Source: Prorocentrum cordatum (lineage: Eukaryota). Taken from it: DNA of 64,000 nucleotides. The notes under the pieces were generated by a model, which saw nothing but the letters and a program-made list of their open reading frames with translations, was not told the origin of the DNA and searched no databases. Below are positions 22,601 through 35,240 of the stretch, one piece after another. The stretch's first letter is position 1. Each line of letters opens with the position of its first letter. The position numbers were made by a program, and so were the translations under genes. The stretch covers positions 1 to 64,000 of the forward strand of contig CAUYUJ010000246.1 in assembly GCA_963575745.1 (NCBI GenBank), given 5' to 3'.

Positions 22601-25600
22601 CTGAGTGTCTTCCTGTGTGTCTGTGTGTTTGTGTTGCCTTGTCTGTGTGTCTGTGTGTCTGTGAGTCTGTGTGTCTGTGTGTTTGTGTCTCTGTGTGTCT
22701 GCGTGTCTTTGTTTCTGTGTGTCAGTGTGTCAGTGTGTCAATGTGTCTGTGTCTCTGTGTGTCTGTGTGTCTGTGTGTCTGTGTGTCTGTGTGTCTGGGT
22801 GTCCCTATTTCTGTGTGTCTGTGTGTCTGTGTGTCTGTGTGTCTGTGTGTCTTTTTTTTTTTTTTGCGTCTGTGTGTCTGTGTGTCAGTGTGTCAGTGTG
22901 TCGGTGTATCTGTTTGTGTGTGTCTGTGTGTCTGTCTGTGTGTGTCTGTGTGCCTGTGTGCCTTTGTGCCTGCGTGTCTGTGTGTTCTTGTGTCTGTGTG
23001 TCTGTGTGCGTGTATGCGTGTGCCTGTGTGTCTGTGTGTCTGTGTTTCTGTGTGTCTGTGTGTCTGAGTGTCCGTGTGTCTGTGTGTCTGTGCATCTGTG
23101 TGTCAGTGTGCTTGAGTGTCTGTGTGTCTGTGTGTCTTTGAATTTGTGTGTCTTTATGTCTGTGTGTCTGTGTGTCTGCGTGTCTGTGTGTCTGTGTGTC
23201 TGTGTGTCTGTGTGTCAGTGTGTCTGTGTGTCTGTGTGTCTGTGTGCTGTGTGCCTGTGTTTCTGTCTTTCTGTCTTTCTGTGTGTCTGTGTTTCTGTGT
23301 GTCTGTGTGTCTGTGTGTCTGAGTGTCCGCTTGTCTGTGCGTCTGTGTGTCTGTGGGTCTGTGGGTCTCTGTGTCTGTGTGTCTGTGTGTCTGTGTGTCC
23401 CTGTTCCTCTGTGTGTGTGTTTGTCTGTCTGTCTTGTGTCCGTGTGTTTTTGTGTCTGTGTATCTGTGTGTCTGGCGGCCTATGTGTGTATGTGTCTGTG
23501 TGTCTGTGTGTCCGTGTGTCCGTGTGTCAGTGTGTCTGTGTTTCTGTGTGTCAGTGTGTCAGTGTGTCAGTGTGTCAGTGTGTCAGTGTGTCTGTGTGTC
23601 TATGTGTCTGTGTGTCTGTGTGTCTTGGTGTCTGGGTGTCAGTCTGTCAGTGTGTCCGCGTGTCTGTGTGTCTGTGTGTCTGTGTGTCTGTGCATCTGTG
23701 TGTCTGGTTGTTTCTGTGTCTGTGTGTCTGTGTGTTTGCGTGTCTGTGTGTCCGTGTGTGTGTCCGTGTGGTTGTGTGTCTGCGTGACTGCGTGTCCGTG
23801 TGTCTGTGTGTCTGTGTGTCTGTGTGTCTGTGTGTCTGTGTGTCTGTGTGTCTGTGTGTCTGTGTGTCTGTGTGTTTTTGTGTTGGTGTGTCTGTGTGTC
23901 TGTGTGTTGGTGTCTGTGTTCCGTGTGTCCGTGTGTCTGTGTGCCTGTGTGTTGTCTGTGTGTCCGTGTGTCTGTGTGTATGTGTGTCTGTGTTTCTGTG
24001 TGTCTGTGTGTCTGTGTGTCTGTGTGTCTGTGTGTCTGTGTGTCTGGGTTTGTGTGTCTGTATGTCCGTGTGTCTTTTGTGTCCGTGTGTCCGTGTCTGT
24101 GTGTCTGCATGGCTGTGTGTTTGTGTGTCCGCGTGTTTGTGTGTCTGAGTATCTGCGTGTCTGGATGTCTGTGTGTCTGTGTGACTGGTTGGCTGTGTGT
24201 CTGTGTATCCTTGTGTCTGCGTGTCTGTGTGTCCGTGTGTCTGCGTGTCCGTCTGTCTGTGTGTCTGTGTGTCTGTCTGCCTGTGGATCTGTCTGTGTTG
24301 TCTTTCGGTGCATCTGTGTGTGTGTGTCTGTCTGTCTGTGTGTCTGTGCGCGTGTATTTGCGTGTGTGTGTGTATGCGTGCGTGTGTGTGTGTCAGTGTG
24401 TGTGTGTGTGTGCGTGCGCGCGCGGCGCTGGCAGCCCCGTGCTGGCCCCCCCCCGCCCTTCCTCTTTCTCGGGCGCTCCGCGAGGGCGGAGTGGTTGGAG
24501 TGGAGGGAGGGCCGGCCCCAAAATGGGGCGGTGCCTCCCCCCTCCGGAGCGCCGGAAGGGGGTGTGGTGGGTGGGGGGGGGGGGGGCTCTGTCTGCCAGT
24601 CAGTGTGTCTGTGTGTCTATGTGTCTGTGTGTCTATGTGTCTGTGTGTCTGTGTGTCCGTGTTTTTGTGCGTCTGTGTGTCAGTGTGTCAGTGTGTCAGT
24701 GTGTCTGTGTATTTGTTTGTCTGTGTGTCTGTGTGTCTGTCTGTCTGGGTGTCTGTGTGTCTGTGTGCCTGTGTGCCTTTGTGCCTGAGTGTCTGTGTGT
24801 GCTTGTGTCTGCGTGTCTGTGTGTTGGTGTGTCTGCGTGTCTGCGTGTCTGTGTGTCTGCGTGTCTGTGTGTCCGTGTGTCTGTGTGTCTGTGTGTCTGT
24901 GTGTCTGTGAATCTGGTGCTCTGTGTGTCTGTGTGCTTGAGTGTCTGTGTGCCTGTGTGTCTGTGTATTTGTGTGTCTGTATGTCTGTGTGTCTGTGTGT
25001 CTACGTGTCTGTGTTTCTGTGTGTCTGTGTGTCTGTGTGTCTGTGTGTCTATGTGTCCGTGTGTCTGTGTGTCTGTGTGTCCTTGTGTCTGTGTGTCTGT
25101 GTGTCTGTGTGTCTCTGTGCCTGTGTCTGTGTGTCTGTGTGTCTGTGTGTCCGTGTGTTTTTTTTGTGTCTGTATGGCCGTGTGTCTGTCTGTCTGTGTG
25201 TGTGTGTGTTGTCTGTGTGTCTGTGTGTCCGTGTGTCTGTGTGTCTGTGTGTCTGTGTGTCTGTGGGTCTCTGTGTTTCCGTGTTTGTGTTTCTGTGTGT
25301 CTGTTTGTCTGTGTGTCTGTGTGTCTGTGTGTCTATGTGTCCGTGTGTCTGTGTGTCTGTGTGTCTGTGTGTCTGTCTGTCTGTGTGTCTGTATGTCTGA
25401 TTGCCTGTGTGTCTGTGTGTCCGCGTGTCTGTGTGTCTGTGTGTCCGTGTGTCTTTTGTGTCTGTATGGCCGTATGTCTGTCTGTCTGTGTGAGAGTTTG
25501 TCCGTGTGTCCGTGTGTCCGTGTGTCTGTGTGTCTGTGTGCTTGTGTGTCTGTGGGTCTTTGTGTCTGTGTGTCTATGTCTGTCTGTCTGTCTGTCTGTC

Positions 25601-28600
25601 TGTATGTGTGTCTGTGTGTCTGTGTGTCTGTGTGTCTGTGTGTCTGTGTGTCTGTGAGTCTGTGTGTCTGTGTGTCTGTTTGTATGTGTGCCTGTGTTTC
25701 TGTCTGCGTGTCTTCCTGTGTGTCTGTGTGTTTGTGTGGCCTTGTCTGTGTGTCTGTGTGTCTGTGAGTCTGTGTGTCTGTGTGTTTGTGTCTCTGTGTG
25801 TCTGCGTGTCTTTGTTTCTGTGTGTCAGTGTGTCAGTGTGTCTGTGTCTCTGTGTGTCTGTGTGTCTGTGTGTCTGTGTGTCTGTGTGTCTGGGTGTCCC
25901 TATTTCTGTGTGTCTGTGTGTCTGTGTGTCTGTGTGTCTGTGTTCTGTTTCTTTTTTGCGTCTGTGTGTCTGTGTGTCAGTGTGTCAGTGTGTCGGTGTA
26001 TCCGTTTGTGTGTGTCTGTGTGTCTGTCTGTGTGTGTCTGTGTGCCTGTGTGCCTTTTTGCCTGCGTGTCGGTGTGTCCTTGTGTCTGTGTGTCTGTGTG
26101 CGTGTATGCGTGTGCCTGTGTGTCTGTGTGTCTGTGTTTCTGTGTGTCTGTGTGTCTGAGTGTCCGTGTGTCTGTGTGTCTGTGCATCTGTGTGTCAGTG
26201 TGCTTGAGTGTCTGTTTGTCTGTGTGTCTTTGAATTTGTGTGTCTTTATGTCTGTGTGTCTGTGTGTCTGCGTGTCTGTGTGTCTGTGTGTCTGTGTGTC
26301 TGTGTGTCAGTGTGTCTGTGTGTCTGTGTGTCTGTGTTCCTGTGTGCCTGTGTTTCTGTCTTTCTGTCTTTCTGTGTGGCTGTGTTTCTGTGTGTCTGTG
26401 TGTCTGTGTGTCTGAGTGTCCGCTTGTCTGTGCGTCTGTGTGTCTGTGGGTCTGTGGGTCTCTGTGTCTGTGTGTCTGTGTGTCTGTGTGTCTGTGTGTC
26501 CCTGTTCCTCTGTGTGCGTGTTTGTCTGTCTGTCTTTGTGTCCGTGTGTTTTTGTGTCTGTGTATCTGTGTGTCTGGCGGCCTATGTGTCTGTGTGTCTG
26601 TGTGTCCGTGTGTCCGTGTGTCAGTGTGGCTGTGTGTCTGTGTTTCTGTGTGTCAGTGTGTCAGTGTGTCAGTGTGTCAGTGTGTCTGTGTGTCTATGTG
26701 TCTGTGTGTCTGTGTGTCTTGGTGTCTGGGTGTCAGTCTGTCAGTGTGTCCGCGTGTCTGTGTGTCTGTGTGTCTGTGTGTCTGTGCATCTGTGTGTCTG
26801 GTTGTTTCTGTGTCTGTGTGTCTGTGTGTTTGCGTGTCTGTGTGTCCGTGTGTGTGTCCGTGTGGTTGTGTGTCTGCGTGACTGCGTGTCCGTGTGTCTG
26901 TGTGTCTGTGTGTCTGTGTGTCTGTGTGTCTGTGTGTCTGTGTGTCTGTGTGTCTGTGTGTCTGTGTGTTTTTGTGTTGGTGTCTCTGTGTGTTTGCGTG
27001 TTGGTGTCTGTGTTCCGTGTGTCCGTGTGTCTGTGTGCCTGTGTGTCTGTGTGTTTGTGTGTCTGTGTGTCCGTGTGTCTGTGTGTATGTGTGTCTGTGT
27101 TTCTGTGTGTCTGTGTGTCTGTGTGTCTGTGTGTCTGTGTGTCTGTGTGTCTGTGTGTCTGGGTTTGTGTGTCTGTATGTCCGTGTGTCTTTTGTGTCCG
27201 TGTGTCCGTGTCTGTGTGTCTGCGTGGCTGTGTGTTTGTGTGTCCGCGTGTTTGTGTGTGTGATTATCTGCGTGTCTGGATGTTTGTGTGTCTGTGTGAC
27301 TGGTTGGCTGTGTGTCTGTGTATCCTTGTGTCTGCGTGTCTGTGTGTCCGTGTGTCTGCGTGTCCGTCTGTCTGTGTGTGTGTGTCTGTCTGCCTGTGGA
27401 TCTGTCTGTGTTGTCTTTCTGTGCGTCTGTGTGTGTGTCTGTCTGTCTGTGTGTCTGTGCGCGTGTATTTGCGTGTGTGTGTGTGTGTGTATACGTGCGT
27501 GTGTGTGTGTGTGTCAGTGTGTGTGTGTGTGTGTGTGTGTGCGTTCGCGCGCGGCGCTGGCAGCCCAGTGCTGGCCCCCCCTCGCCCTTCCCCTTTCTCG
27601 GGCGCTCCGCGAGGGCGGAGTGGTTGGAGTGGAGGGAGGGCCGGCCCCAAAATGGGGCGGTGCCTCCCCCCTCCGGAGCGCCGGAAGGGGGTGTGGTGGG
27701 TGGGGTGGGGGTGGGGGGGGGCTCTGTCTGCCAGTCAGTGTGTCTGTGTGTCTATGTGTCTGTGTGTCTATGTGTCTGTGTGTCTGTGTGTCCGTGTTTT
27801 TGTGCGTCTGTGTGTCAGTGTGTCAGTGTGTCAGTGTGTCTGTGTATTTGTTTGTCTGTGTGTCTGTGTGTCTGGTTGTCTGGGTGTCTGTGTGTCTGTG
27901 TGCCTGTGTGCCTTTGTGCCTGCGTGTCTGTGTGTGCTTGTGTCTGCGTGTCTGTGTGTTGGTGTGTCTGCGTGTCTGCGTGTCTGGGTGTCTGCGTGTC
28001 TGTGTGTCCGTGTGTCTGTGTGTCTGTGTGTCTGTGTGTCTGTGAATCTGGTGCTCTGTGTGTCTGTGTGCTTGAGTGTCTGTGTGCCTGTGTGTCTGTG
28101 TATTTGTGTGTCTGTATGTCTGTGTGTCTGTGTGTCTACGTGTCTGTGTTTCTGTGTGTCTGTGTGTCTGTGTGTCTGTGTGTCTATGTGTCCGTGTGTC
28201 TGTGTGTCTGTGTGTCTTTGTGTCTGTGTGTCTGTGTGTCTGTGTGTCTCTGTGCCTGTTCTGTGTGTCTGTGTGTCTGTGTGTCCGTGTGGTTTTTTTG
28301 TGTCTGTATGGCCGTGTGTCTGTCTGTCTGTGTGTGTGTTTGTCTGTGTGTCCGTGTGTCCGTGTGTCTGTGTGTCTGTGTTTATGTGTGTCTGTGGGTC
28401 TCTGTGTTTGTGTGTCTGTGTGTGTGTCTGTCTGTCTGTCTGTGTGTCTGTCTGTCTGTGTGTCTGTGTGTCTTTGTGTCTGTGTGTCTGTGTGTCTGGG
28501 TTGCCTGTGTGTCTGTGTGTCCGTGTGTCTGTGTGTCTGTGTGTCTGTGTGTCTGTGTGTCTGTATGCCTGTGTGTGTGTGTGTCTGTCTGTCTGTCTGT

Positions 28601-28733
28601 CTGTCTGTGTGTCTGTGTGTCTGTGTGTCTGTGTGTCTGTCTGTCTGTCTGTCTGTCTCTGTCTGTCTGTCTGTCTGTCTGTCTGCGTGTCTGTCTGTCT
28701 CTCTGTCTTTCTGTCGGTCTGTCTGTCTGTCCG

Positions 28734-28775
<42 letters not shown>

Positions 28776-28830
28776 GCGCGTGTGTATGCGTGTGTGTGTG
28801 TGCGTGTGTGTGTCAGTGCGTGTGTGTGTG
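15680..28830. repeat. Complex (GTGTGTCT)n/(GTCY)n satellite with higher-order periodicity of about 3.1 and 4.7 kb
   Basis: Degenerate 8-bp unit; + strand nearly devoid of A. Diagnostic variants recur at offsets of about 3.09-3.13 kb (23116/26208, 24941/28076) and about 4.7 kb (16768/21466). Confidence 0.95.
16950..17105. repeat. GC-rich fold-back island within the GT satellite (representative copy)
   Basis: CCCTTCCGGGCGCTCCG ... GCCCC-AACAT-GGGGC ... CGGAGCGCTGGAAGGG. Other copies at ~15600-15680 (partial), 19725-19895, 21662-21825, 24417-24590, 27547-27722, 28830-28948 plus 32705-32745 (split by a LINE), and 33225-33425 (diverged). Confidence 0.9.
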
Positions 28831-28948
28831 CGCGCGCGGCGCTCGCAACCCCGCGCTCCCTCTCCCCCTTCCTCCGGCGCCCCGCGAGGGCGGAGTGGTT
28901 TGAGTGGGGGGAGGGCCGGCCCCAAGATGGGGCGGTGCCTCCCCCCTC

Positions 28949-31900
28949 GAGGGCGGTGCCCCAAGATGGGGCTAATGTGGAATTGGTGGGGAGGAGTACG
29001 GGAGTTCATCGAGGAGTTGAATATATTATGACAGGAAGTGGCGTGGATGGAAAGGAGGAAGGAGGCGACAGCACGGCGGAGAGGAGGAGGGAGAACGACA
29101 GATGGAGGATGAGGCATGCGCTGGAATGCTTTATGCAATCGTACGGGCTCTGTGCTGCCAACACTTTCGGCGACCGTGCAGTGACGTGGGAGAGCTACGC
29201 GCGAGCACACTGTCGCCTTGCTAGAGCACCAGAGCTGCGGCCACGAGTATTAGATTATGTTCTGGTCCCTCATGGTTGGGAAATTATTGAATGTAAGGCA
29301 TCCTTTCGTTTGCATAGAGGAGGGAAGACTCAGCGATCCCGTCTGAGTGATCATAAACTCTTGGAAGTTTGTGTTCGTTCCCCTGTCGTCCATTGTCCCC
29401 GTTTCTCCGCTAAACCCCGTGATAAAAGCTATGTGGGATATGAGCCAAACACGTTCACGGATGAGATGATCGCGAGAGCTTCGATGGACTCGTTTGTTGA
29501 CAATGCCAGGTGTTCCTCAGTAAGTGGTAATCCTCTGGGGGCCAGCTGTTTGTCACGACAGATCAAATCGAGCTTTACTCGGGATGAGGTGGAATATAAG
29601 ACAAGAGATGACAATGGTATTAAACAGCCTGTGCGCCCTTATAGACTCCAGAGGTTGATTGAACTCCGTAGGGGAACCCCACCTGGGCCAGAAAGAAAAC
29701 AGATCACAAAAGTTTTGAATGGCTATCGCCGTCTATACCGCCGTCTTCGTTTTGAGTATGAATTACCACCGTCAAGGAAAAGGAAGAGAAACCGTCTCTA
29801 TAACCTGGAAGGAGTGGAGGATAGAGAGATATGGAACAAAGTTATCTGGCAGATGCTCAAGAATAAGGTGTCGTGTGCCCAGACTCGTGTTGCCAATCTA
29901 GAGGTGCTGCAGTCTCTCAGACAGGCTGCGGAGCTGGAGGCTCCACCATGCACCATCACGCTGGCGAATATGCTTTGCTGCAGGGGAAGAATGCAGCGTA
30001 ACCGCGCGACGGGGACTGATGGAGTGCCTGCAGAGATGCTCCTTCGATTGTCGTGGAAAACGTTGAGAGAGGTGCGAAGGATATTCGAGGCTGTATTTCA
30101 TAGACAGATTCCGTACCCTGATTGCTGGAGGGAGATCATAGTGAGTGTGATGCCTAAAAGTCAAAACACCACGGATGCAAAGGAAACGAGACTACTGTGT
30201 ATTCAAAACGCGTTATCTAAACTTTATTCTATGTGTGTGGTCAAGTTAGCGGAGGATTATATGGAGGAGGTGGGGATGTTTCGGAGATTTGGTGTGTATG
30301 GATTTGTGAAAGGACGGAGGCCATATGAGATTACGACTGCATTGAAACACTTAGGTCAACATGCTAGCAAATATCAGCACGCAGATGATCAATTACATGT
30401 TGCTCTCGCAGATGTTTATCAAGCTTTTGATCATTGTACGGTTGCTAACTTCAGTTCTGCCATGGCATATTGTAGTATACCATATGTTATCCAACATGCG
30501 ATGATTGAGTCCCTGGTCTATAGTGATGTGGAGATCTCGTGTGAGAATCTCGACTTCGAGCGGTTCTCAAAGGTGTCCTGGGATCGCTGTATACGTACGG
30601 GTGGACCTGAAGGACCGTTTGCCTTTAATTGTATTGCCGTGGCGATGTGGGGGGAACTGTTCGAGAAATGGGATGAACAGAAGTTGGGGTATAGGGTCGA
30701 GTTTCGAGCGAGTGCGAGGGACGAAAACGGGAGCGTCGAAACGGTGTCGATTTACTTGAATCATGCCTTATGGGCTGATAACATCGTTGTCCTGGCGAAC
30801 TCGGCGTCGGATTTGGCTCAGATGATGCTGGCAATGACACACTCACTTGAGAAATACAGTATGCGATGGAAAGAGGCGTCTCTGGAGTATTTAGTTTTCG
30901 GTGAACCTCTAGAGTATGATGAGAATGAACACATCGTTCCGACCATGGACCTGGTGATCAAAGGATTTCAGGACCCAGAACGTGAATTGAGATTTCGCAG
31001 AAGGGCTGAGGTTCATCTCCTAGGAGTCTGTATTCCGGCTATATTTCCTCGATATCATGCGGATGTAGCGTACAGATTGGACAAAGGAAGACAGGCCTTC
31101 TATGTTGACATCAAGTTCTATACCAGCAGATGTATACCATTGGGGGAAAAGTATTCTAGATATCAACAGCTTGTTCAGTCGACAGTATTGTATGGATTAG
31201 ATGGAGTAGCAGCAGATGAAAGTTCGATTGAGAGACTTCATGTGTTTGAGGGAGAGTGCTTGCTCAGAATATTGAGAACGAGACATCTTCCTGATGAGCC
31301 GTGGGACGAGTATACACATCGGAAGTACAGCCGATGTAGGAAAGCTTTTCATGATCATGGGTATCAGTCGCTGGTGCAAAAATTCTTGTATCGTCAGTGG
31401 TTGCTTGCATTGGATGTGGTGTCGTTTGCAAAATATCTACCTCATGACATGCCGCAGAGTGACAGAGCATGGAGGGACTCAAGGTTGGCAATGCTTGCAT
31501 ACGGAATCCGATATGATGAATGGCGGCAGAATTTTGGGGATATCATGCACAGATATAACTCAAAAAGAAAACGGTCAGAGGAGGGAAGCTACCGCAAAAG
31601 GAAAAGAGGGATTGACGCGACGGGTCTACATACATGGCACTATCCTTTCGAAAAATATTGGGGTGATCAGTGGTGGAGAGATTTCCAGCCTGATAGCTGG
31701 AGAGAGTTTGCAATATCTACGGTGGGTGAGGAGAAGTTCAGCTTGTTCCAATCAAATGTTAAAGGATCAGGAGGGAGACGTACTGCGTATGATATGGAAG
31801 AGGAGGGTGGAAATGAGGCAACACGTAAACGAAGGAGGAAGGAGGAGGAGGTCCAGAATGAAATCATCGCCAGACGTTTAGCAATAACAAACATGAAAGC

Positions 31901-32704
31901 AACAGAATGGGATTTCAAAACACATGGTTTTGGAGTGGAGATCTGTGGGGATTCTCTTCTTGTCATATCTTGGCTCCTAGGGAGGTGGGCGATAACTGAC
32001 TACACGTATCGAAAAAGAATAGGCTATATCATTGACATCATGAGCGGTCTGACGGAGATCTATGGAGTTCGGGCACCTTCGAATGGCAGGGATCCTTTTA
32101 AGCATGAGTTTCGGGAAGTAAATGAGCATGCGGATCGACTCACACATGATGCCCGCGAGGGCAGATCACACGAATGGAAGCGCTCTTTTTGCATGACACA
32201 CACACATGGACATATAACGCCTATCGCATTGAGGGGGTCCTTCGATGGCGGTAAATCTGAGGATGGAGTAGGATGTGGTGCATGGCTCGAGGCGGCGTTC
32301 ATATCCAGGTCCGACAGGATCGAAGGAAAGTTTTCGACCGTGTCCTGGCAACTCGTCTGGGAAAAAGCATGGTTGATTCCGTCGGAGAGCACAGTCACAC
32401 AGGCTGAATTATCCGCAGCAGAGTGTACGGTACACAACATCGGTCGTTTGCTTGGTGAGTTTGAGTCTTACTTTACTTGATCGTGGATTGTGAAAGATTG
32501 TGCTCACACGGATGAATAAGAGTTTGGTTTCTCGTGTACTGCCCGCGTGTTTGACGCGGATGATATCTCATGAGCTTCGCTCTTGTCATCTGTCCGTGTG
32601 CTTGGCACGGTTTTGACTCGCATGATCATGCAAATAAGAGTCTCTGCCGAGACGGACACTGCGACTGGGCCGTCAGGCCCGTGAGAGTCGTAGCCAGCCA
32701 GCCA
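28949..32704 (+). mobile_element. 5'-truncated non-LTR retrotransposon (LINE copy 1) with 12-bp target-site duplication and (AGCC)n tail
   Basis: GCCTCCCCCCTC at 28937-28948 and 32705-32716. (AGCC)4 at 32692-32707. 3' UTR stem-loop CGACT-GGGCC-GTCA-GGCCC-GTGAG-AGTCG at ~32662-32690. Confidence 0.9.
28971..32480 (+). CDS. LINE ORF2: C-terminal half of APE endonuclease, reverse transcriptase, permuted RNase H
   Basis: [20 protein letters not shown] (APE); [41 protein letters not shown] (RT); GDSLLV, NEHAD, FDGG, QAEL (RNase H). The ORF-track start at 27312 only reflects the stop-free satellite upstream. Confidence 0.9.
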   Translation, partial: ANVELVGRSTGVHRGVEYIMTGSGVDGKEEGGDSTAERRRENDRWRMRHALECFMQSYGLCAANTFGDRAVTWESYARAHCRLARAPELRPRVLDYVLVPHGWEIIECKASFRLHRGGKTQRSRLSDHKLLEVCVRSPVVHCPRFSAKPRDKSYVGYEPNTFTDEMIARASMDSFVDNARCSSVSGNPLGASCLSRQIKSSFTRDEVEYKTRDDNGIKQPVRPYRLQRLIELRRGTPPGPERKQITKVLNGYRRLYRRLRFEYELPPSRKRKRNRLYNLEGVEDREIWNKVIWQMLKNKVSCAQTRVANLEVLQSLRQAAELEAPPCTITLANMLCCRGRMQRNRATGTDGVPAEMLLRLSWKTLREVRRIFEAVFHRQIPYPDCWREIIVSVMPKSQNTTDAKETRLLCIQNALSKLYSMCVVKLAEDYMEEVGMFRRFGVYGFVKGRRPYEITTALKHLGQHASKYQHADDQLHVALADVYQAFDHCTVANFSSAMAYCSIPYVIQHAMIESLVYSDVEISCENLDFERFSKVSWDRCIRTGGPEGPFAFNCIAVAMWGELFEKWDEQKLGYRVEFRASARDENGSVETVSIYLNHALWADNIVVLANSASDLAQMMLAMTHSLEKYSMRWKEASLEYLVFGEPLEYDENEHIVPTMDLVIKGFQDPERELRFRRRAEVHLLGVCIPAIFPRYHADVAYRLDKGRQAFYVDIKFYTSRCIPLGEKYSRYQQLVQSTVLYGLDGVAADESSIERLHVFEGECLLRILRTRHLPDEPWDEYTHRKYSRCRKAFHDHGYQSLVQKFLYRQWLLALDVVSFAKYLPHDMPQSDRAWRDSRLAMLAYGIRYDEWRQNFGDIMHRYNSKRKRSEEGSYRKRKRGIDATGLHTWHYPFEKYWGDQWWRDFQPDSWREFAISTVGEEKFSLFQSNVKGSGGRRTAYDMEEEGGNEATRKRRRKEEEVQNEIIARRLAITNMKATEWDFKTHGFGVEICGDSLLVISWLLGRWAITDYTYRKRIGYIIDIMSGLTEIYGVRAPSNGRDPFKHEFREVNEHADRLTHDAREGRSHEWKRSFCMTHTHGHITPIALRGSFDGGKSEDGVGCGAWLEAAFISRSDRIEGKFSTVSWQLVWEKAWLIPSESTVTQAELSAAECTVHNIGRLLGEFESYFT

Positions 32705-32745
32705 GCCTCCCCCCTCCGGAGCGCCGGGAGGGGGTCGGGGGGGGG

Positions 32746-33680
32746 CTCGTGCGTGTGTTTGTATGTGTTCGTTCGTGTGACGTGGGTGTGGTTGTAAGTG
32801 TGTTCGTTTGTGCGTGTGTGTGTGCGTTTGCTTGTGTGACTGTCTCTGTTCTCAGTGCGTCTTTTCTGTGGGTGTTCGCGATTGCGTTCGTGTGTCTGGT
32901 GCGTGTGTGTGTCTGGTGCGTGTGCGTGTGTGTGTGTGTGTGTGCGCGTGTGCCTGTGTGTTCGTGCGTGTGTGTGTGTGTGTGCTTTTCTGTTTGCGTG
33001 TGTTTCTGTTTGTATGAGTGGGTGCGCGTGTGTTTGGTATGTGTGCGTGTGTGTGTGTGTGTGTGTGCGTGCGTCTGTGTGTGTGTGTGGGTATGGGCGT
33101 GCGTGTGGGGTGCGCGCGCATGAATGGGCGCGCGTGGATGAGTGTGCGCGCGCGTGTGGATGTGTGTTTGTGTCTGTGCTCGTGTGTGATTCTGTGTGCG
33201 TGCGTGCGCGTGCGTGTGCGCGCGCGCGCCCTCGGTGGCGCCGTGGTCCGCGCGCCCCCCCCCTTTTTTTTTTTCTCTCTCTCTCTCTCTCTCTCCCCTG
33301 CCTCGGGCGCGCCGCGGGGGCGGAGTGGGTGGAGTGGGGGGAGGGCCGGCCTCGGAATGGCGCAGCGCCTCCCTCCTCCGGAGCGCCGGCGGAGAGGGCG
33401 GGGGGCGAGGCGCGCGTGGGCGGCTTGTGTGTAGGGGTGTGTGCGCCTGTGTGTATGTATGTATGTATGTATACATACGTATATATATGATTATGTGTGA
33501 ACGCGTGCGTGCGTGCGTGTCTGTGTGTGCGTGAGTGTGTATGTGTGTGTGTTCGCATACTGTCCTACGCGTGGTTTCATGTTTCTCTGTATGTCTGTGT
33601 TTTAAGGTGGGTTGCGTGTCTGTTGTGTGTCTGTATGTGCTCGTTTGTGCTCGTGTGTGCGTGTGCTTGTATGTGTGAAT
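32746..33680. repeat. Diverged GT/GC alternating microsatellite-rich segment continuing the satellite
   Basis: (GT)n, (GC)n, (CT)n and (GTAT)n runs plus one diverged GC-rich island. Confidence 0.8.
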
Positions 33681-34277
33681 GCATCTTCGCTACTCGGTTT
33701 CTCGACCTCGCGCCGAACACTTTCAGGGTCGGATGGGGACATGGGAAATACCTTGTTTGAAATGTTTAAGAAGATCATATCTGAAGCTCTCTGCTTTTTT
33801 TCACTTACACTTATTGAACATGCGAGTAAAACAAAACTAGACGGCCTCCGTGGATTCTTCGACGGAGGTCGCTCTGTGGAGGGATGTGCTGCAGGATGGT
33901 GTATAGATTTGTGTGTACACGGGACGTGGCAGTTGGTGGCGGAGGAAGCTGTCTCGCTTGATGCCTCTGCTTCTGTCATGTTTTGTGAGATGATTGCAGC
34001 ACAACGGCTCTGTATGGCCGTGGAGCACATTTTGGGTAGCATCTTTCATCCAAGCAGCTGACTCATTTCATCTTGCTTGGAGCTCTCCAACACCTTTACA
34101 TTTTCACATGTTGTATTGCATCCTTTTCCTTGTTCCTGCATCCTATTCCGTTGCCTATGCCTCAGTGGCTCGGCAGTGTGATGATAAGAGTTGCCCTCTC
34201 CAGCTACCCTGTGCTCCGTTTGGGAGTCTTAGGGCTCAGCTGTCACAGCTGTCCGCGCCCTGACTCAAACTCAAAAA
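33680..34277 (+). mobile_element. 3' fragment of a related LINE (copy 2); left boundary approximate
   Basis: ORF ending at 34061 contains LRGFFDGG..AAGWCI..WQLVAE..SVMFCEMIAA, homologous to the C-termini of the other copies. A ~200-bp UTR and CTCAAA/A-rich tail abut ACCAGGTTGACGG. Confidence 0.75.
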
Positions 34278-34523
34278 ACCAGGTTGACGGTTTACCGCCG
34301 GCGCCCAGTTCCGGAGCGCTGGAGAGCTAGTTGGCAAGAAAAATCTCGACGGACCTTTTGGTGACTTTTGGTCGGTTGAAAATTTTGTTCTCGAAATTTG
34401 ACCATTCGTTAGAGCTCTAGTATTTTTTCCCATGATATTCGATCTTATTCCCGCTCGCCATCTTGATCTCAGCTCGATCGGGTAACTTTGAAGGCCAAAA
34501 AGCAGGGGGGCGGGAACGGCCGT

Positions 34524-35240
34524 TTCGAGTCATCTTGATACGCGTTGTCAGTATTTTGTACTTAACTCGAGCTGTAGGGCAGCTACAGAGCTGGTAAGCA
34601 CAGCTATCGCACTCAGAATTATCAGGCGCGTTCGCCTGTTGAAACCAGAGGTCTGAACTCGGTCTGCTAGCCGAGCTAGGTGCGGAAAGCTATTCGTATT
34701 ATTCGAGTCATCTTGATAGACGCTCTCGGTTTTCTGTACTTAACTCGAGCTGTAGGGCAGCTACAGAGCTGGTAAGCACGCCTATCGCATTCAGAATCAT
34801 CACGCGCGTTCGCCTGTTGAATCCAGAGGTCTGAACTCGGTCTGCTAGCCGAGCTAGGTCCGCAAATTTATTCGTATTATTCGAGTCATCTTGATAGACG
34901 CTCTCGGTTTTCTGTACTTACTCGAGCTCTAGGGCAGCTACTGGGCTCATTCTGACAGACATCGATGGGAAATGATCAGTCGCGTTCGGTTATTTAACCG
35001 AGAGCTCTGAACTCGGTCTGCTGCCCGAGCTAGGTTCGCGAAACTATTCGTATTGTCCGAATGATCTTGAGACATGCTCTGAATTTTCTGCACCCAACTC
35101 GTGCTGGGGGAGGGCTACAGTGCTGCGGGTCACATATATCGATTTGCACACATCAGGCGCGTCTTTCGGTCGATTCCAGAGCTCGGAACTTGGTCTGCTG
35201 CTCGAACTAGGTTCGCAAAACTATTATATTATTTGAGTCG
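34524..35240 (+). repeat. Internal ~178-bp tandem subrepeats of a type A element (representative)
   Basis: TTCGAGTCATCTTGA at 34524, 34702 and 34880 (period 178); later copies diverge progressively. Confidence 0.9.

Noticed and set aside
15680..28830. Telomeric repeat or rDNA/tRNA genes
   Set aside because: No TTAGGG/TTTAGGG-type array and no recognisable rRNA or tRNA sequence seen in the window.
15581..28970. Many long Val/Cys/Ser/Leu-rich (+) and His/Thr/Asp/Arg-rich (-) ORFs, including the first ~550 aa of the 1722-aa ORF
   Set aside because: Translations of an A-poor microsatellite that rarely forms stop codons; open in all frames with no domain content.
32640..32700. Ribozyme or spliced-leader relic in the LINE 3' UTR (CGTAGCCA)
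   Set aside because: Only 8 nt match the dinoflagellate leader and they overlap the AGCC tail; no hammerhead or HDV core visible.
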